Shown: positions 25,511-39,823, numbered from the stretch's first letter. The stretch: DNA of 64,000 nucleotides from Octopus vulgaris (GCA_951406725.2 OX597836.1:18972001-19036000); one strand, 5' to 3'. The notes: generated by a model not told the origin, from the sequence alone. Numbers and translations are program-made.

Positions 25511-27297
25511 TAACCACATATAACGAACTAAAAATTGAATGAGAGAAGAAACGCGAAATGATAAGAAAAAATCATATAGAAAACGTGGAAGGTTAAAAAA
25601 ACAGAAAATGTATATACATACGACGGGTTTCTTCCAGTTCCTGTCTGCCAAATCCATTCACAGGGCTTTGGTCGGCTCGGAGCCACGTGATTGGGAAAAA
25701 TGCTTCTTAACTCACAGGCATAAAATTTCAAAACTTTCTATTAGTTTTATGACTCAAGCAGAAAAGGTCCCTTATTTGCATCTGATATCAAAAATGAGAT
25801 TGACAAAAGAATATTTTGGTTAAAATCCATTTTTGCCTTCTATATAGCCTAGATACAAGGATTATAAAAGCACATACACAACCAAACCAAATAACTAGCA
25901 TTAATATTAATAACCTCATTAGCTACAAACATTCTGCTGCGATACACGCCATCAATTATAAATGCAGGAAAAAAAGCAACTATCACACTCTAACAGAGTC
26001 CAGGTTGCGACCACCACTAGGAGGAACAAACGAAGACTATGAGGTTGGGTTGATCAGTTAATGGACAGTAGACAATCTCGCCCTCATATGACAGACTACC
26101 TTATTAAATAAGGCAGAGGTACATTGGATAACGTAGTCCTCGGTGTATTTGGACAGAAAGACCAGTTAGTTATGGCTGTGGAATGCTTATAATTTCAGAT
26201 CGATCTCCTCCACTAGGGCTGTCCTAGGGCCATCAACATCATCATCATTAACAACAGCAAAAGTATAGAACCAGTGAAGATCAAACCACTCCTTAACATC
26301 TGAAACGACACATTCAGCAAAGTGGTCGTCTACTACCATCACAACTACCATCACAACAACCATCACAATCATTCTCAGCACCATCGCCATCACCAACATC
26401 ACCACCCCCCATCAATACAATCTCCACCACCATAAACTAGGATTGCCACGGACGGAAGATCTTCATCAAAGGTTTGTCTGGTGATGATGATGACAAGAAA
26501 CGTATAGGAATATACACTGGACACTAGAGAAGTGCACAACAATGTACGAATTTGAAACACTGCACTCAACCATTGACCAAAAATGGCTTGAAGTTCATCA
26601 TACCATGCCGGCGGGAAATAACATCACTAGGTGAGACAAGCTGACACTGAATCAGCTTCGCTGACTGACAGGTGATGGTCGTTTAGAGAATGCGCGGGCT
26701 AAGACTACGCGCCTTCACTAGTCAGAGAAACAGTCAGAGAAACAGTGTCACGTGACAACTTGCTGGGGCTGCCTGCTGGAGCCTAGCGGCAGGTATTTAA
26801 AGGGAGAAATTTGACAAGTCAGTCAGTCACCGGCTGACACTCGTTGACGATACATCGAATAGGCCAGGGAACAGAAGAAAGAAGACATGCACCCAACACC
26901 AGAGCTGAAGACACCTCCGAAAGGGTATGGGGTCCGCCACGTCAAAACGGTAGAGGAGTAGGGGCCGAAACCGGACATGGTTCGTCCTGGTGATGTCTTG
27001 AGCTAACTGGATCCTATAAAGGAGCTGTTGTGGTAGCAGACCACGAAACACGGTTGTATTTCCTACAAAAATAGATTGGGCGGTGGAGAGAGTCCAGATT
27101 GCAACACTGTACTACATACTGCAATCAACCACTGCATGTCATAAATTCCACTATAGCGTTCATGTCATATGCGGGGGGAATGCGCTGGTACTGCCTGTCA
27201 CTGCATCCACCACTCGTCGGCGATTCCCTACGCTTAGCAGATGACGCCTTTCTCACCTTTCGGGCAATAACTCTCCAGCCTATTGGTTTGTTTGAGT

Positions 27298-27386
27298 AGA
27301 CGTTGCTGATGAGGGTTTTATGAGGTCAGAGTGCAAATCCTACTCCAACCTCTTTTAGTCGCCTTTTACAATATGCAGAGAAAACA
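27298..27386 (-). mobile_element. Non-LTR (RTE-type) 5' leader-like fragment
   Basis: Minus strand TTGTAAAAGGCGACTAAAAGAGG; related copy at 63711-63800. Confidence 0.45.
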
Positions 27387-27468
27387 TTAATATTTTGAAC
27401 TAATATTAACGGTTAAAATAGATCAGAAAAGCGCACCCTGGGAAAAATGTCAAAGAAGTTGTTTATTA

Positions 27469-27502
27469 GTTGGTAGACGGAAATTGGAAGAAGCCCGTCG
27501 TA

Positions 27503-27533
<31 letters not shown>

Positions 27534-27780
27534 GCATATATATATATATGTATGTATGTGTGCATATGTTTGTGTGTCTGTGTTTGTCCCCCCACCATTG
27601 CTTGACAACCGATGGTGGTGTGTTTATGTCCCCGTAACTTAGCGGTTCAGCAAAAGAGACTGATAGAATAAGCACTAGGCTTCCTAAGAATAAGTCCTGG
27701 GGTCGATTTGCTCGACTAAAGGGCGGTGCTCCAGCATGGCCACAGTCAAATGACTGAAAGAAGTAAAAGAGTAAAAGAGT
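27469..27780 (+). mobile_element. SINE-A, 5'-truncated
   Basis: TGGTAGACGGAAA..GAAGCCCGTCG(TA)n..AAGTAAAAGAGTAAAAGAG. Confidence 0.9.
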
Positions 27781-27894
27781 ATTATATACGTCCAGAGATG
27801 AGATCAAATCTGCCAGGCGTTATCTTTCATCATTCAGAGTTTGGTAAAACAAATGCACTGGAAAAGTTGGTGCTAGACGCCTGCACTTTCTTTG

Positions 27895-28233
27895 CTGCAC
27901 ATGATTAGTGTACTGTACTCCCAATCATGCGACTGTGATTTCAATTCCCAGACCGAGCAATACGTTGTCATCATCATCATTGTTCGACCGTGGTCGAGAC
28001 AATGGAATTTATTATGCTACGCCAGACTTCACGGTCCATCATAGCATTACGGAAGTCTTGTTGCTGGATGCCTGTATCCCTCGGGATTACATCAGTACGT
28101 TGTACTGTTGAACAAAACACTTCATTTAACGTTGCTCTAGTATACTCAGCTTCAGATGAGTAACCCTGCGCGGGCCTGGTAACACGTCCATGGGGAATGT
28201 TTCGATTTTGTTCACTTCTGCGCCATGAAAACC
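27895..28233 (+). mobile_element. Old tRNA-SINE interrupted by an RTE 3' fragment
   Basis: GATTTCAATTCCCAGACCGAGC resembles the head at 12885-12903; 3' part resembles the 13620 motif. Confidence 0.55.
27969..28095 (-). mobile_element. RTE LINE 3' fragment with (TGA)n tail and 8-bp TSD
   Basis: DVIPRDTGIQQQDFRNAMMDREVWRS; TSD TACGTTGT 27961-27968 / 28096-28103. Confidence 0.85.
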
Positions 28234-28454
28234 AGAATATTAAAAACGACGACAATGCATCTAAAAAATAATACAATTAAAATGAAATAAATATAAAATC
28301 AGATGAGAAGCAAAAAGGAATTTGAAACGTATAATAAAGATAGAACAAAAAAGGAAAAAATATAATGTGATATATATAAAAAAATATATAAAACAATGCG
28401 ATATATATTGTACATGTGTGTGTATATATGTGTCTATATGTATGTGTTTATGTC

Positions 28455-28495
<41 letters not shown>

Positions 28496-28763
28496 ATTAC
28501 ATACACACGTACATACACACACAGTCACACACATAAATATCAGGAGTAAAGATATGAGGCAAGGAGGTGAGAAACAAGGACAAGAAGGTAAACGTGAGAA
28601 AAACAAGGATCTCTGAAATGTACAATGAAAATAAATACGCCAATGGAAGAAACAGAAGACAAGCGAACACACTGGATTGGGTTCTTTCTCAAACAGAGAA
28701 AAAAGAATGAAAAGCATTTAGAGAAGTAAAGAAAAAAGAAAAATGTATAATACTTAATTTTCG
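28234..28763 (+). repeat. ~540-bp dispersed direct repeat, copy 2
   Basis: Matches 23022-23568. Confidence 0.92.
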
Positions 28764-29022
28764 CCATTTAAACTAAACCGGACCTATTGTCACAACAACT
28801 GGTTTGTACGCCGCACAGGTTTCTTTGATTCGTGAATTGTGCAACCAGACCACAGTTGACCCACGATTAAACAACATCCATTCATACTACACACTATTAT
28901 ACACGCACATGTGCGCATGCGCACCCTGCAATCCTATACCTCAACCACTATCACCACCTCCACCATCACCATCACTACCATCACTATCATCACTACTGCC
29001 ATCACCTCCAGCAACCATTATC

Positions 29023-29255
29023 TGTTTCTTTATTACCTACAAGGGGCTAAACATAGAGGGGACAAACAAGGACAGACATAGGTATTAAGTCGATTACATC
29101 GACCCCAGTGCGTAACTGGTACTTAATTTATCGACCCCGAAAGGATGAAAGGCAAAGTCGACCCCGGCGGAATTTGAACTCAGAACGTAACGGCAGACAA
29201 AATACGGCTAGGCATTTCGCCCGGCGTGCTAACGATTCTGCCAGCTCGCCGCCTT
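29023..29255 (-). mobile_element. SINE-B monomer with 22-bp TSD
   Basis: ATCACCTCCAgCAACCATTATC 29001-29022 / ATCACCTCCAaCAACCATTATC 29256-29277. Confidence 0.9.
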
Positions 29256-29767
29256 ATCACCTCCAACAACCATTATCACCACCACCATCACCACCATCAT
29301 GATCATCACCACTATACCACCTCCACTCTCACTATCCCCCATCATCATTAATTACCACAATCACCACCACCACCACTACCACCACCATGACCATCACCAC
29401 TATCTCCCCTACCACTGCCCACAAGAGACGCTTTATTAAATACTGTAATGAAATTTATTAATCAGAAGCACAGAGAGAGAGAGAGAGAGGCAAAGACAGA
29501 GAGAGTGAGAGTGAGAGAGAGTATAACATAGAGTGGAAAGTACGAAAGATAGAAGAGAAAGTGTGAGAGAGAGAGGAGAGAGAGGAGAGAAGGAGGAAAC
29601 AAAAAGAGAGACAGAGAGGCTCGCGCGAGCGAGAGAGAGGGGGAGAGGGGGAGAGAAAGAGAGAGAGAGACAGAGATTTTGTGAGTGTTTGATTGACGGT
29701 TACGAAAGAAAACAACGGAAAATAATATAAAATAAAGAAGAAAAAAAAAGGGGGGGAGAAAAACTAG

Positions 29768-29850
29768 AGGCGCATGATGACGTCATTGGAAGAAAGCGGG
29801 AGTTGTGATTGGTTGAATGTGTTTAAAAGAGGAAAAATATATAAGAACAG
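29768..29850. promoter_or_regulatory. Candidate Pol II promoter module: CRE plus two CCAAT boxes plus TATA-like element
   Basis: ATGACGTCAT (29777-29786) overlapping ATTGG, GATTGG ~29807-29812, TATATAAG ~29839-29846, next to a GA-rich tract. Confidence 0.4.
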
Positions 29851-29960
29851 GCGAGGAGAGAGTTTTACTGCAATGTCTGTGTGTCTTGATCTTTCTTCTG
29901 CTTTTTTTTTTTATGTAGAAATAGTGTATCGAGGACTACATTATTCAAGGTGTCCGTCTT

Positions 29961-30258
29961 TTGTTGCTGCTGCTGCTGCTGAGGCTGATGCTGCTGCCGC
30001 CGTTGTTGTTGTTGTTGTTGTTGTTGTTCTTGTTGTTCTTGTTGTTGTTGTTGTTGCTGATGCTGCAGCTGATGATGATGATGCTGCTGCTGTTGTTGTT
30101 GTTGTTGCTGTTGCTGATGCTGATGATGCTGATGATGATGATGATGATGATGATGATAATGATGATGCTGTTGTTGTTGTTGTTGTTGCTGATGCTGATG
30201 CTGATGATGATGATGATGATGATGATGCTGTTGTTGCTGTTGCTGATGCTGATGATGC

Positions 30259-30293
<35 letters not shown>

Positions 30294-30403
30294 CTGTTGT
30301 TGTTGTTGTTGTTGTTGCTGCAGCTGCTGTTGTTGTTGTTGTTGTTGCTGCTGCTGATGATGATGATGATGATGATGCTGTTGTTGTTGTTGTTGTTGTT
30401 GTT
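29961..30403. repeat. Compound (GTT)/(GCT)/(GAT) triplet tract
   Basis: Directly visible. Confidence 0.95.
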
Positions 30404-30653
30404 TAACCCCAGGTCAACTCCAACCAAGCAAAGATTCTATATATATATATGATTAGAGTTGTTCCAGCTGGGTTTCATGTGGGCATAGTGTATCTAGGGC
30501 TACATTTTCTAATGTGTCCTGTTTCAAAGCACAAGAATACATGCTTACACACACGCATACACACACATACATACACACACACACATAAACATGCGCATTC
30601 ATGCATGTGGAATAACACACACACATGCACACATACACACACACACATACACA

Positions 30654-30692
<39 letters not shown>

Positions 30693-31176
30693 ATAAACAT
30701 GCGCACTCATGCACGCGCAGTAACACACACACACGCACACACACACGTGCGCACACACTCGCGCACGCATCAGCACACATGCATAACATGCATACACACA
30801 CGCACACACACACACAGTAACACACGCAAACACCTACAACAACACCAGCACACACACTCACACATGCACGCATACACACACACACATACACAGCTACATA
30901 CGTACATGTATTCACATACATACACGCGCATCCGCTCGTACACACACCTTCACACGCAAATACATATATACGCAAACACGCAGACTCACACACATGCACC
31001 TACATAAACGCGCCAAACACATGCATTCACACACATACACACTCTAACACACATCCACACGCAAGTACACGCATACACATACAGTCACTCACATAATTAT
31101 TTTGTTTGCATTCTACATGTTAGCAAACACATCACACGCACACACGTACACACATACGTTACATACCATTTATACA

Positions 31177-31302
<126 letters not shown>

Positions 31303-31383
31303 TACGCATCAGAAGTACACATACATACAGACACATATATACATATTATATATGCAGATATATAAACATATATATATACGCCG

Positions 31384-31417
<34 letters not shown>

Positions 31418-31519
31418 TATGTCGGTTTTAATTTTAGTATCTCTTTTGATGATTAAAATGTCCAAGAATGGTAGCTGTTTGTGGTTGTGTTCCATTGTAA
31501 ATTAGATACTGTGATTAAA

Positions 31520-32242
<723 letters not shown>

Positions 32243-32309
32243 CCATAAACGAAACTTGTGGCAAATCAACTTCTTTAGTCATATTATATAATATATAATA
32301 TTATATAAT

Positions 32310-33975
32310 ATTCCACAACCGAGAGATCTCAAAATGGGACCAATTGTGGCCGGTCCTTCCCGTTGAGACATGTAGTCTCAGTAAATTTATTGACGTCCTC
32401 CTAAAACCTATTCTCCAGCATATCATCATCATCATTTTCGACCGTGGTCGAGACAATGGAATTTAAATTCCATAGTCTTTTCAAATGGCTAATAATGTGT
32501 GCGCGCGCCACTACTACACACATTGGAAAGCATTGTACAACCAAGTACTAAAGAAGATCTTTCCTCCTCCATGAAACAAAGCTGTTCCCGCTGGACGTCA
32601 ACCCAGTATTTCTAAGCTACGGACCGAGTGATTTATTGTAAGGTTATCTCCCTAGATAGATTGCCTTCACTACGGCTAAGGAGCCCTTTCTACCCCACTG
32701 ACACAGGTTGTACTGGTTTACAGTTTACCAGTAGTAGGATCCAATGCTGCATACAACAGACCTGACCTGACCTGACCTGATATATACTGAGCTTAATAAG
32801 CATATACTGAGCTTAATAAGAGATAGCCTGGACTTTTTAAACCATCCCCCGAACAAAACCAGCAAGGACTCCCTTCTGTTTTCATCCGATGTAATAAACC
32901 GCTACACTTTGATTCCTCACAAATACGGAATAGGAGCCATATAATTCTGGCTGGAAAAATTCCCTAATGACATTCCTGACCGAATCATCGGAAGAGGATT
33001 CAACCATTGAAGGACTAAAATACATCCTACAGAACAACTTTAACTTCAACGAGAACACCTACAAACAAAAATCGGGCACTGCGATAGGAACGAGGGTAGC
33101 ACCTACTTTTGCTAACCTTGTCATGGCATACTTGGAAGTGCAAATATATGATTACGCTAGACTGAAATTTGAAGACAACTTCCAAAAATACTTAGTCGTC
33201 AACTGGAAATACTACCTGTACGATTGTTTCATTCTGTGGTCGCATAGCCTTGAGCAACTCTTAGAATTTAAAAATTTAATAGCATTAACTACAGTATCCA
33301 ATTTACAATGGAACACAACCACAAACAGCTACTATTCTTGGACATTTTATTCATCAAAAGAGATGCTAAAATTAAAACCGACATTTATGTATCAACACAC
33401 AATCCGAGGAACATGGAAGCATACAACATTATCCACTAAAGCATATCCCTCCTTATTAACGATCTACGAGTAAAAACAGCAATGGAAACACAGAATTATT
33501 AAAAGTAAGAGACAACCGCAATCCCTAAAAAGGTTACTTACCATCGCCATATTACCTACCAAAAGTACAATCCCACTAATTAAAAAAACGCAGCCGCCCT
33601 AACTGCGGGACTTGCATCTACTTCTTGGAGGGTTCAACATATAAATTTAAGTCAGGTCAAATTTTCACCAAAAATAATCACTTCACCTGTGTATTGAAGA
33701 ACTTTATTTATATCCTCAAATGTAGTGGGAGTGATGGAGACTATATAGGTCAAACTACTTTCACCTTGAGGGACAGACTGACAGTACACAGGCAACAAAT
33801 CCGGGACACAACGACCAGGAAAATTCTTGTAAGCAAACACCTGGGTCATTACCCCGTAGGCATAAAACTCAAAATACAAAATCTTCCCTCTCTATCAATG
33901 CACTGGAAACACTTCAACCAAATTCCGTTTGAATAAGGAAAGCATACTCATTAGAATATAAACTGTAACTAAATA
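32310..33975 (+). pseudogene. Penelope-like element RT plus GIY-YIG endonuclease remnant
   Basis: GPIVAGP; YKQKSGTAIGTRVAPTFANLVMAYLE; YLYDCFILW; IQFTME..LLFLDI..TDIY; CGTC..FTC..NFIYILKCSG...YIGQT..LRDRLTVHRQQIR; frameshifted. Confidence 0.9.
32423..32782 (-). mobile_element. Short RTE-derived insertion within the Penelope ORF
   Basis: 32423-32464 is the RTE 3' end (ATTCCATTGTCTCGACCACGGTCGAA..TGATGA on -); the distal part resembles an RTE 5' UTR; AGCATAT at both sides. Confidence 0.6.
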
Positions 33976-34997
33976 TCCTAAATTAGAAAAATGTCAATTC
34001 TCCACAAAAAACCAATCAGATACAACAGACATAATTCGAAAACTTTAGAAACCCCAACTCCAAATCCCTATCCAATAATACCATGCACCTTATCAAACAC
34101 CAGTTGCTAACGTCACTTCTCACTAGACCAGTGAAATTTTGCCTCCGATCAGAACCGGATCCTCAGTAAAAACAAACTGACTCCTTAAGAGAATCAACCA
34201 ACCGGAACGGTTGATTAGGCAAAAATTAATGACCGAGTTCCTACAGGGAAGTCAACCAAGCAGAACGCCAAACTTGACTAAAACAAAAGCAGGTTCTTTA
34301 TCAAAATAAAATGACGTCACGAAACCTACTACCAATCAAAATTTGTTCCTATGTACATGGAACCAACGAACCAAAACACTAAGACCAAGACAAAACATCC
34401 ACCAAAAACATCCACCAGAAAGAATAAGACGTTGTCAAATTTATGATGAATTAAAAATTAGATCCTTTCGCGTAAAAACATATATATATATACACAAGAT
34501 ATTCTCTGATTCCAAAAGAAAAACTCCGTTCAAAGCAAAGAGCCTAGTACGCGACGGAAAGAAGAACTACACGCAAGACACCAGAAACTGTAAAAAATAC
34601 TTCTTTTACTCTCTTCTTTTCTTTTCTCTCCCTTGTTCACGTATTCTACAAAACCTCAGTATGAGCAAACTTTTAGTAATGTACATTTATTATATTCTTC
34701 ACCGAACATTTACTTTGATATTATCTATCCCTGTGAAACTCATTGAATTTTATGCGAACATGTGATCGTTTAAACATGTTTGTTCGATTTATATTTCTTG
34801 ATTTTAAACTCTGTTAGAATCCCATTGTTTTATATACATTTGTACCAATGATAAACAAAAAATTATTGAAAATAATTTGCTATGTATGTGAATAAATCTA
34901 TTTAGAAACAACTACATGTTTTTCAAATTCAGGTGCATTTTCAAACATAAATTCTCCTATGTTTTTTCCTGCATGGATGGGAATACAACTCTTCTTA

Positions 34998-35058
<61 letters not shown>

Positions 35059-35156
35059 AAATTATAAGGGTAAAAAAATTGGTATTAATCAGATTAATAT
35101 CAATTTAAACCAGTGGCCTAACATATTGAAAAAAATTTGGATTCAGAAAAATATAT

Positions 35157-35528
35157 TACATACATATAAGAGGAATGGCCACTAGGCGGACTCTTAATGT
35201 GCTAAATGTGGTCTGACCACTAAGAAAAGTGTTCTCAAGAAAATTTGGCAAACACCAGGCCGTAAAGCAAGCAAGACAAATGAAAAGATACAAAATATAA
35301 TGATTAGTCACATACCAGATTTCCTTGATACCATTTACATTACGTAAATGTCTGCAAATCGTCAGTGTGACCGTCATAGAAAATATAATTTGAAGAACTA
35401 TACACAGGACGTCCTCACGAGAGAGAATTTTCTTGAGAACAATTTTTCTAAGTGGTCAGACCATATGGGTTCTACATTTAGCATATTATGAGTCCACCTA
35501 GTGGTCATTCCTCTTATATTTGTATGTA
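35157..35528. repeat. Inverted repeat (arms ~35157-35245 / 35426-35528) next to (TA)n
   Basis: AAGAGGAATGGCCACTAGGCGGACTC..TGGTCTGACCACT..GTTCTCAAGAAAATT mirrored downstream. Confidence 0.85.
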
Positions 35529-35711
35529 TATATACACACACATGGGATACTGTACAACTGGTTGTGGTGTATCCCTCAGTGCAGACGCATGTCGTCAGAT
35601 GATATAATACGGGGCATCTCGTTAAATAAAATGTGTTTCGTTCGGTTTTAATACAGCATGTTGCTAGTGACCGTGTGCTTAAGCCGTTGGACAAGAATGT
35701 GTGTGTGTGTG

Positions 35712-35940
35712 TATACGACGAGCTTCTTTCAGTTTCCTCTACCAAATCCATTCAAGAGGGTTAGTCGGCCTGAGGCTATAGTAGAAGATACTTGCCCAAA
35801 GTGACATACAATGGGATTGAACCCAGAACTATGTGGTTGGGAAGCAAACTTTTTAACACACAGCCAGGGTACCATGCAGTGGGATTGAAACCGGAACCGT
35901 ATGGTTGGCAAGCAACCTTCTTACCACACAGCCACGCCCG
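35712..35940 (-). mobile_element. Diverged SINE-A 5' half with duplicated head
   Basis: GGGATTGAA..GAAC..TGGTTGG..AGCAA occurs twice (35813, 35881). Confidence 0.7.
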
Positions 35941-36313
35941 AGCATTAAGCACCACCTCACTACCACCACTATATTTAGTACATATGCACGCGCACAGGGA
36001 TACATATGCACCACAAACATACGCACACACACACAAACACATATAAACTTATACATGCACTCATGCATACACAGACATGCGCAGTAACACGCTCCTATTC
36101 AGCTGTGGTGACGGTGGTTGTGTTGGTGGTGGTGGGGGTGATAGTGGCGAGTGTATAGTGATGAGGAGGACGAGGAGGAGGAAAATGATGGTAATGATGA
36201 TGATCATGGTGATAGTAATGGTGATGGTGGTGATGATGGCGGTCGTGCTGGTAGCGGTATTACTAGTAGTTGTAGTTGTTGTAGTTGTAGGGTATATATG
36301 TGTGTGTGTGTTG

Positions 36314-36373
<60 letters not shown>

Positions 36374-36390
36374 TATACAATGTATAATAT

Positions 36391-36441
<51 letters not shown>

Positions 36442-36598
36442 ATATATATATACAATATATATATATATATATAATACAATATATATATACAATATATATA
36501 TAATATATATATATAATATAATATATATATACAATATATATAATATATAATATATATATAAAATATATATAATATATAATATATATATAATATATATA

Positions 36599-36639
<41 letters not shown>

Positions 36640-36696
36640 ATATATATAACAATATATATATAATATATAAAATATAATATATATATATAATATATA

Positions 36697-36783
<87 letters not shown>

Positions 36784-37071
36784 TACTTTAAAGCGACAGT
36801 AATAGTCTGTATAGACATCGCAGAAATAATTAAAACAAAAAAAATATAACAATATTCGCAAGAAGATGAAGAATGTCTGCGATTGCCTGTTGGGTTTTAT
36901 CCCTAAAGCGACATGGAATCACTGCAATGGAAAGATCTGGTTTTCTGGATTTAATGCCACTTTGGCAGCAGACTGGTTATCAAAGACTTTGGCAAGGAAA
37001 AATAGCAACGGAATCGACTGAAATACATTCGTACATACATACATACATATATACATACATATATACATACA

Positions 37072-37103
<32 letters not shown>

Positions 37104-37165
37104 CATATCTACATACATATATACATACATGCATACATACATACATACATACATACATACATACA

Positions 37166-37198
<33 letters not shown>

Positions 37199-37492
37199 GC
37201 ATACATATATACATACATGCATACATATATACATACATATGTACATACATACATACATACATATATACATATATATATATACTTGTACACACGCACACAC
37301 ACATGTATATATTTATATGTATATATGTATATATACATGTACATATTAACATACCTACATGTACATCATATTTACATATATATATATATATAGACATGCA
37401 TACACTCACACACTTTAAAAATCTTAAAAGCAAAGCACAACAAAAACGCCCGTATAAAAAGTGTGTATACATGAATATATAATACATATATG

Positions 37493-37572
<80 letters not shown>

Positions 37573-37654
37573 CATGTGTGAGTGTGTACGTGTGTAAGAT
37601 AGGATAAAAGCACAATAACTTTGTTTAGTGTTTTCATTAATATATCAAGTAGTA

Positions 37655-37723
<69 letters not shown>

Positions 37724-37997
37724 ATGGGGAGTTTGTAAATTAAATTTTCCTTTGCGCGCGGGTGTCTGTGTAAGTGTGTGTGGAATATAATAGAATATTT
37801 CTGTAATCCTTTAATGCATAATGGAATGGTAATGCTAAAACAGTAAGTTCTTTACCCAAACGAAAACCATCTCCACCACCACTACCACCACCACTACCAC
37901 CACCACCACCACTAACAACCACAACTACTACAGCAAGAACATCGACATTGAGACTAATGAAAGAAACGGCAGGAAGACCAATTGCAACAATTGCAAC

Positions 37998-38560
37998 AAT
38001 ACCTATTTCTTTACTACCCACAAGGGGCTAAACACAGAGAGGACAAACAAGGACAAACAAACGGATTAAGTCGATTATATCGACCCCAGTGCGTAACTGG
38101 TACTTAATTTTTCGACCCCGAAAGGATGAAAGGCAAAGTCGACCTCGGCGGAATTTGAACTCAGAACGTAACGGCAGACGAAATACCTATTTCTTTTTCT
38201 ACCCACAAGGGGCTAAACACAGAGAGGACAAAAAAAGGACAGACAAACGGATTAAGTCGATTATATCGACCCCAGTGCGTAACTGGTACTTGATTTATCG
38301 ACCCCGAAAGGATGAAAAGCAAAGTCGACCTCGGCGGAATTTGAACTCAGAACGTAACGGCAGACGAAATACCTATTTCTTTTTCTACCCACAAGGGGCT
38401 AAACACAGAGAGGACAAAAAAGGACAGACAAACGGATTAAGTCGATTATATCGACCCCAGTGCGTAACTGGTACTTGATTTATCGACCCCGAAAGGATGA
38501 AAAGCAAAGTCGACCTTGGCGGAATTTGAACTCAGAACGTTACGGCAGACGAAATACCGC
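37998..38560 (-). mobile_element. SINE-B trimer (3 x ~185 bp, headless)
   Basis: Junction GACGAAATACCTATTTCTTT at ~38178 and ~38364. Confidence 0.92.
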
Positions 38561-38569
38561 TTGCTCTTC

Positions 38570-39020
38570 CCTCTGGCTGTATCTCCTTTACAGCAGCACA
38601 GCTATTTTTGTTCTCATTTTCTCTTTCTCATGCACTCTCTCTCTCTCTCTCTCTCTAACCCTAACCTTTCATCCTCTGACACAAGATCACCTCCTCCAAT
38701 TCCCCTCTCCCCTCTCAAATGATCTTTGTCTTGCAAGTTACTTGGTGATTCCACGTAAAAAACATCCAGTCCACACTGTAAAGTGGTTGGCTTTTGGAAG
38801 GGCATCCAGGTGTCAAAAAACCATACCAAAACTGACCTCTCCTGTGCTCGTGACACGTAAAAAGCACTTTGCCCACTCTGCGGGGTGGTTGGTGTAAGGA
38901 AAGGCATCCAACCGTAAAAACATGCCAACACAGGCACAGAAGCCTAGTGTAATCTTCTGTCTAGCCAGCTCCTATCAAACCATCCAACTCATGCCAGCAT
39001 GGAAAGCGAACGTTAAACAA
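38570..39020 (+). mobile_element. LINE (RTE-type) 3' UTR-like repeat with internal duplication
   Basis: CACGTAAAAA..GTGGTTGG..GGAAgGGCATCCA occurs twice (38752, 38854); ends CATGCCAGCATGGAAAGCGAACGTTAAA. Confidence 0.55.
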
Positions 39021-39119
39021 GGATTATATATATATATATATATACACACTCATTCACACACACATACCACACACACACACACACACACACACTCACTTAC
39101 ACACACACAAATACACACA

Positions 39120-39320
39120 CACGAAAGGGTGCTGAAAAGTTCTTGACTTTAATCTTGTGAAAGATCCAACCTTCCGAGTTCTTTTATAGGGCTAAGAAAA
39201 ACTGAAGGACTTCTGCAATAAGTGTGTGAACTTGAGAAGGGAATATGTTGAATAAAATCATGATTAACTGATTCTCCTGTATTTTCTTTTACCTAAAGTT
39301 AGGAACTTTTCGCCACCCCT

Positions 39321-39322
<2 letters not shown>
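39120..39322. mobile_element. Mariner-derived MITE (~200 bp)
   Basis: TIR GGGTGCTGAAAAGTTCTTGACTTTA / TAAAGTTAGGAACTTTTCGCCACCC; sister copy at 40487. Confidence 0.8.
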
Positions 39323-39413
<91 letters not shown>

Positions 39414-39416
<3 letters not shown>

Positions 39417-39823
39417 CGCAGGAGTGGCTGTGTGGTAAGTAGCTTGCTTACCAACCACATGGTTCCGGGTTCAGTCCCACTGCGTGGCATCTTGGGCAAG
39501 TGTCTTCTGCTATAGCCCCGGGCCGACCAATGCCTTGTGAGTGGATTTGGTAGACGGAAACTGAAAGAAGCCTGTCGTATGTATGTATATATATATATGT
39601 ATGTGTGTGTACATGTTTGTGTGTCTGTGTTTGTCCCCCTAGCATTGCTTGACAACCGATGGTGGTGTGTTTACGTCCCCGTCAACTAGGGGTTCGGCAA
39701 AAGAGACCGATAGAATAAGTACTGGGTTTACAAAGAATAAGTTCCTGGGTCGATTTGCTCGACTAAAGGCGGTGCTCCAGCATGGCCGCAGTCAAATGAC
39801 TGAAACAAGTAAATGAGTAAAAA

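Noticed and set aside
29774-30406. 210-aa ORF with poly-Val/Asp/Ala
   Set aside because: Open only because triplet repeats lack stops; no recognisable domain
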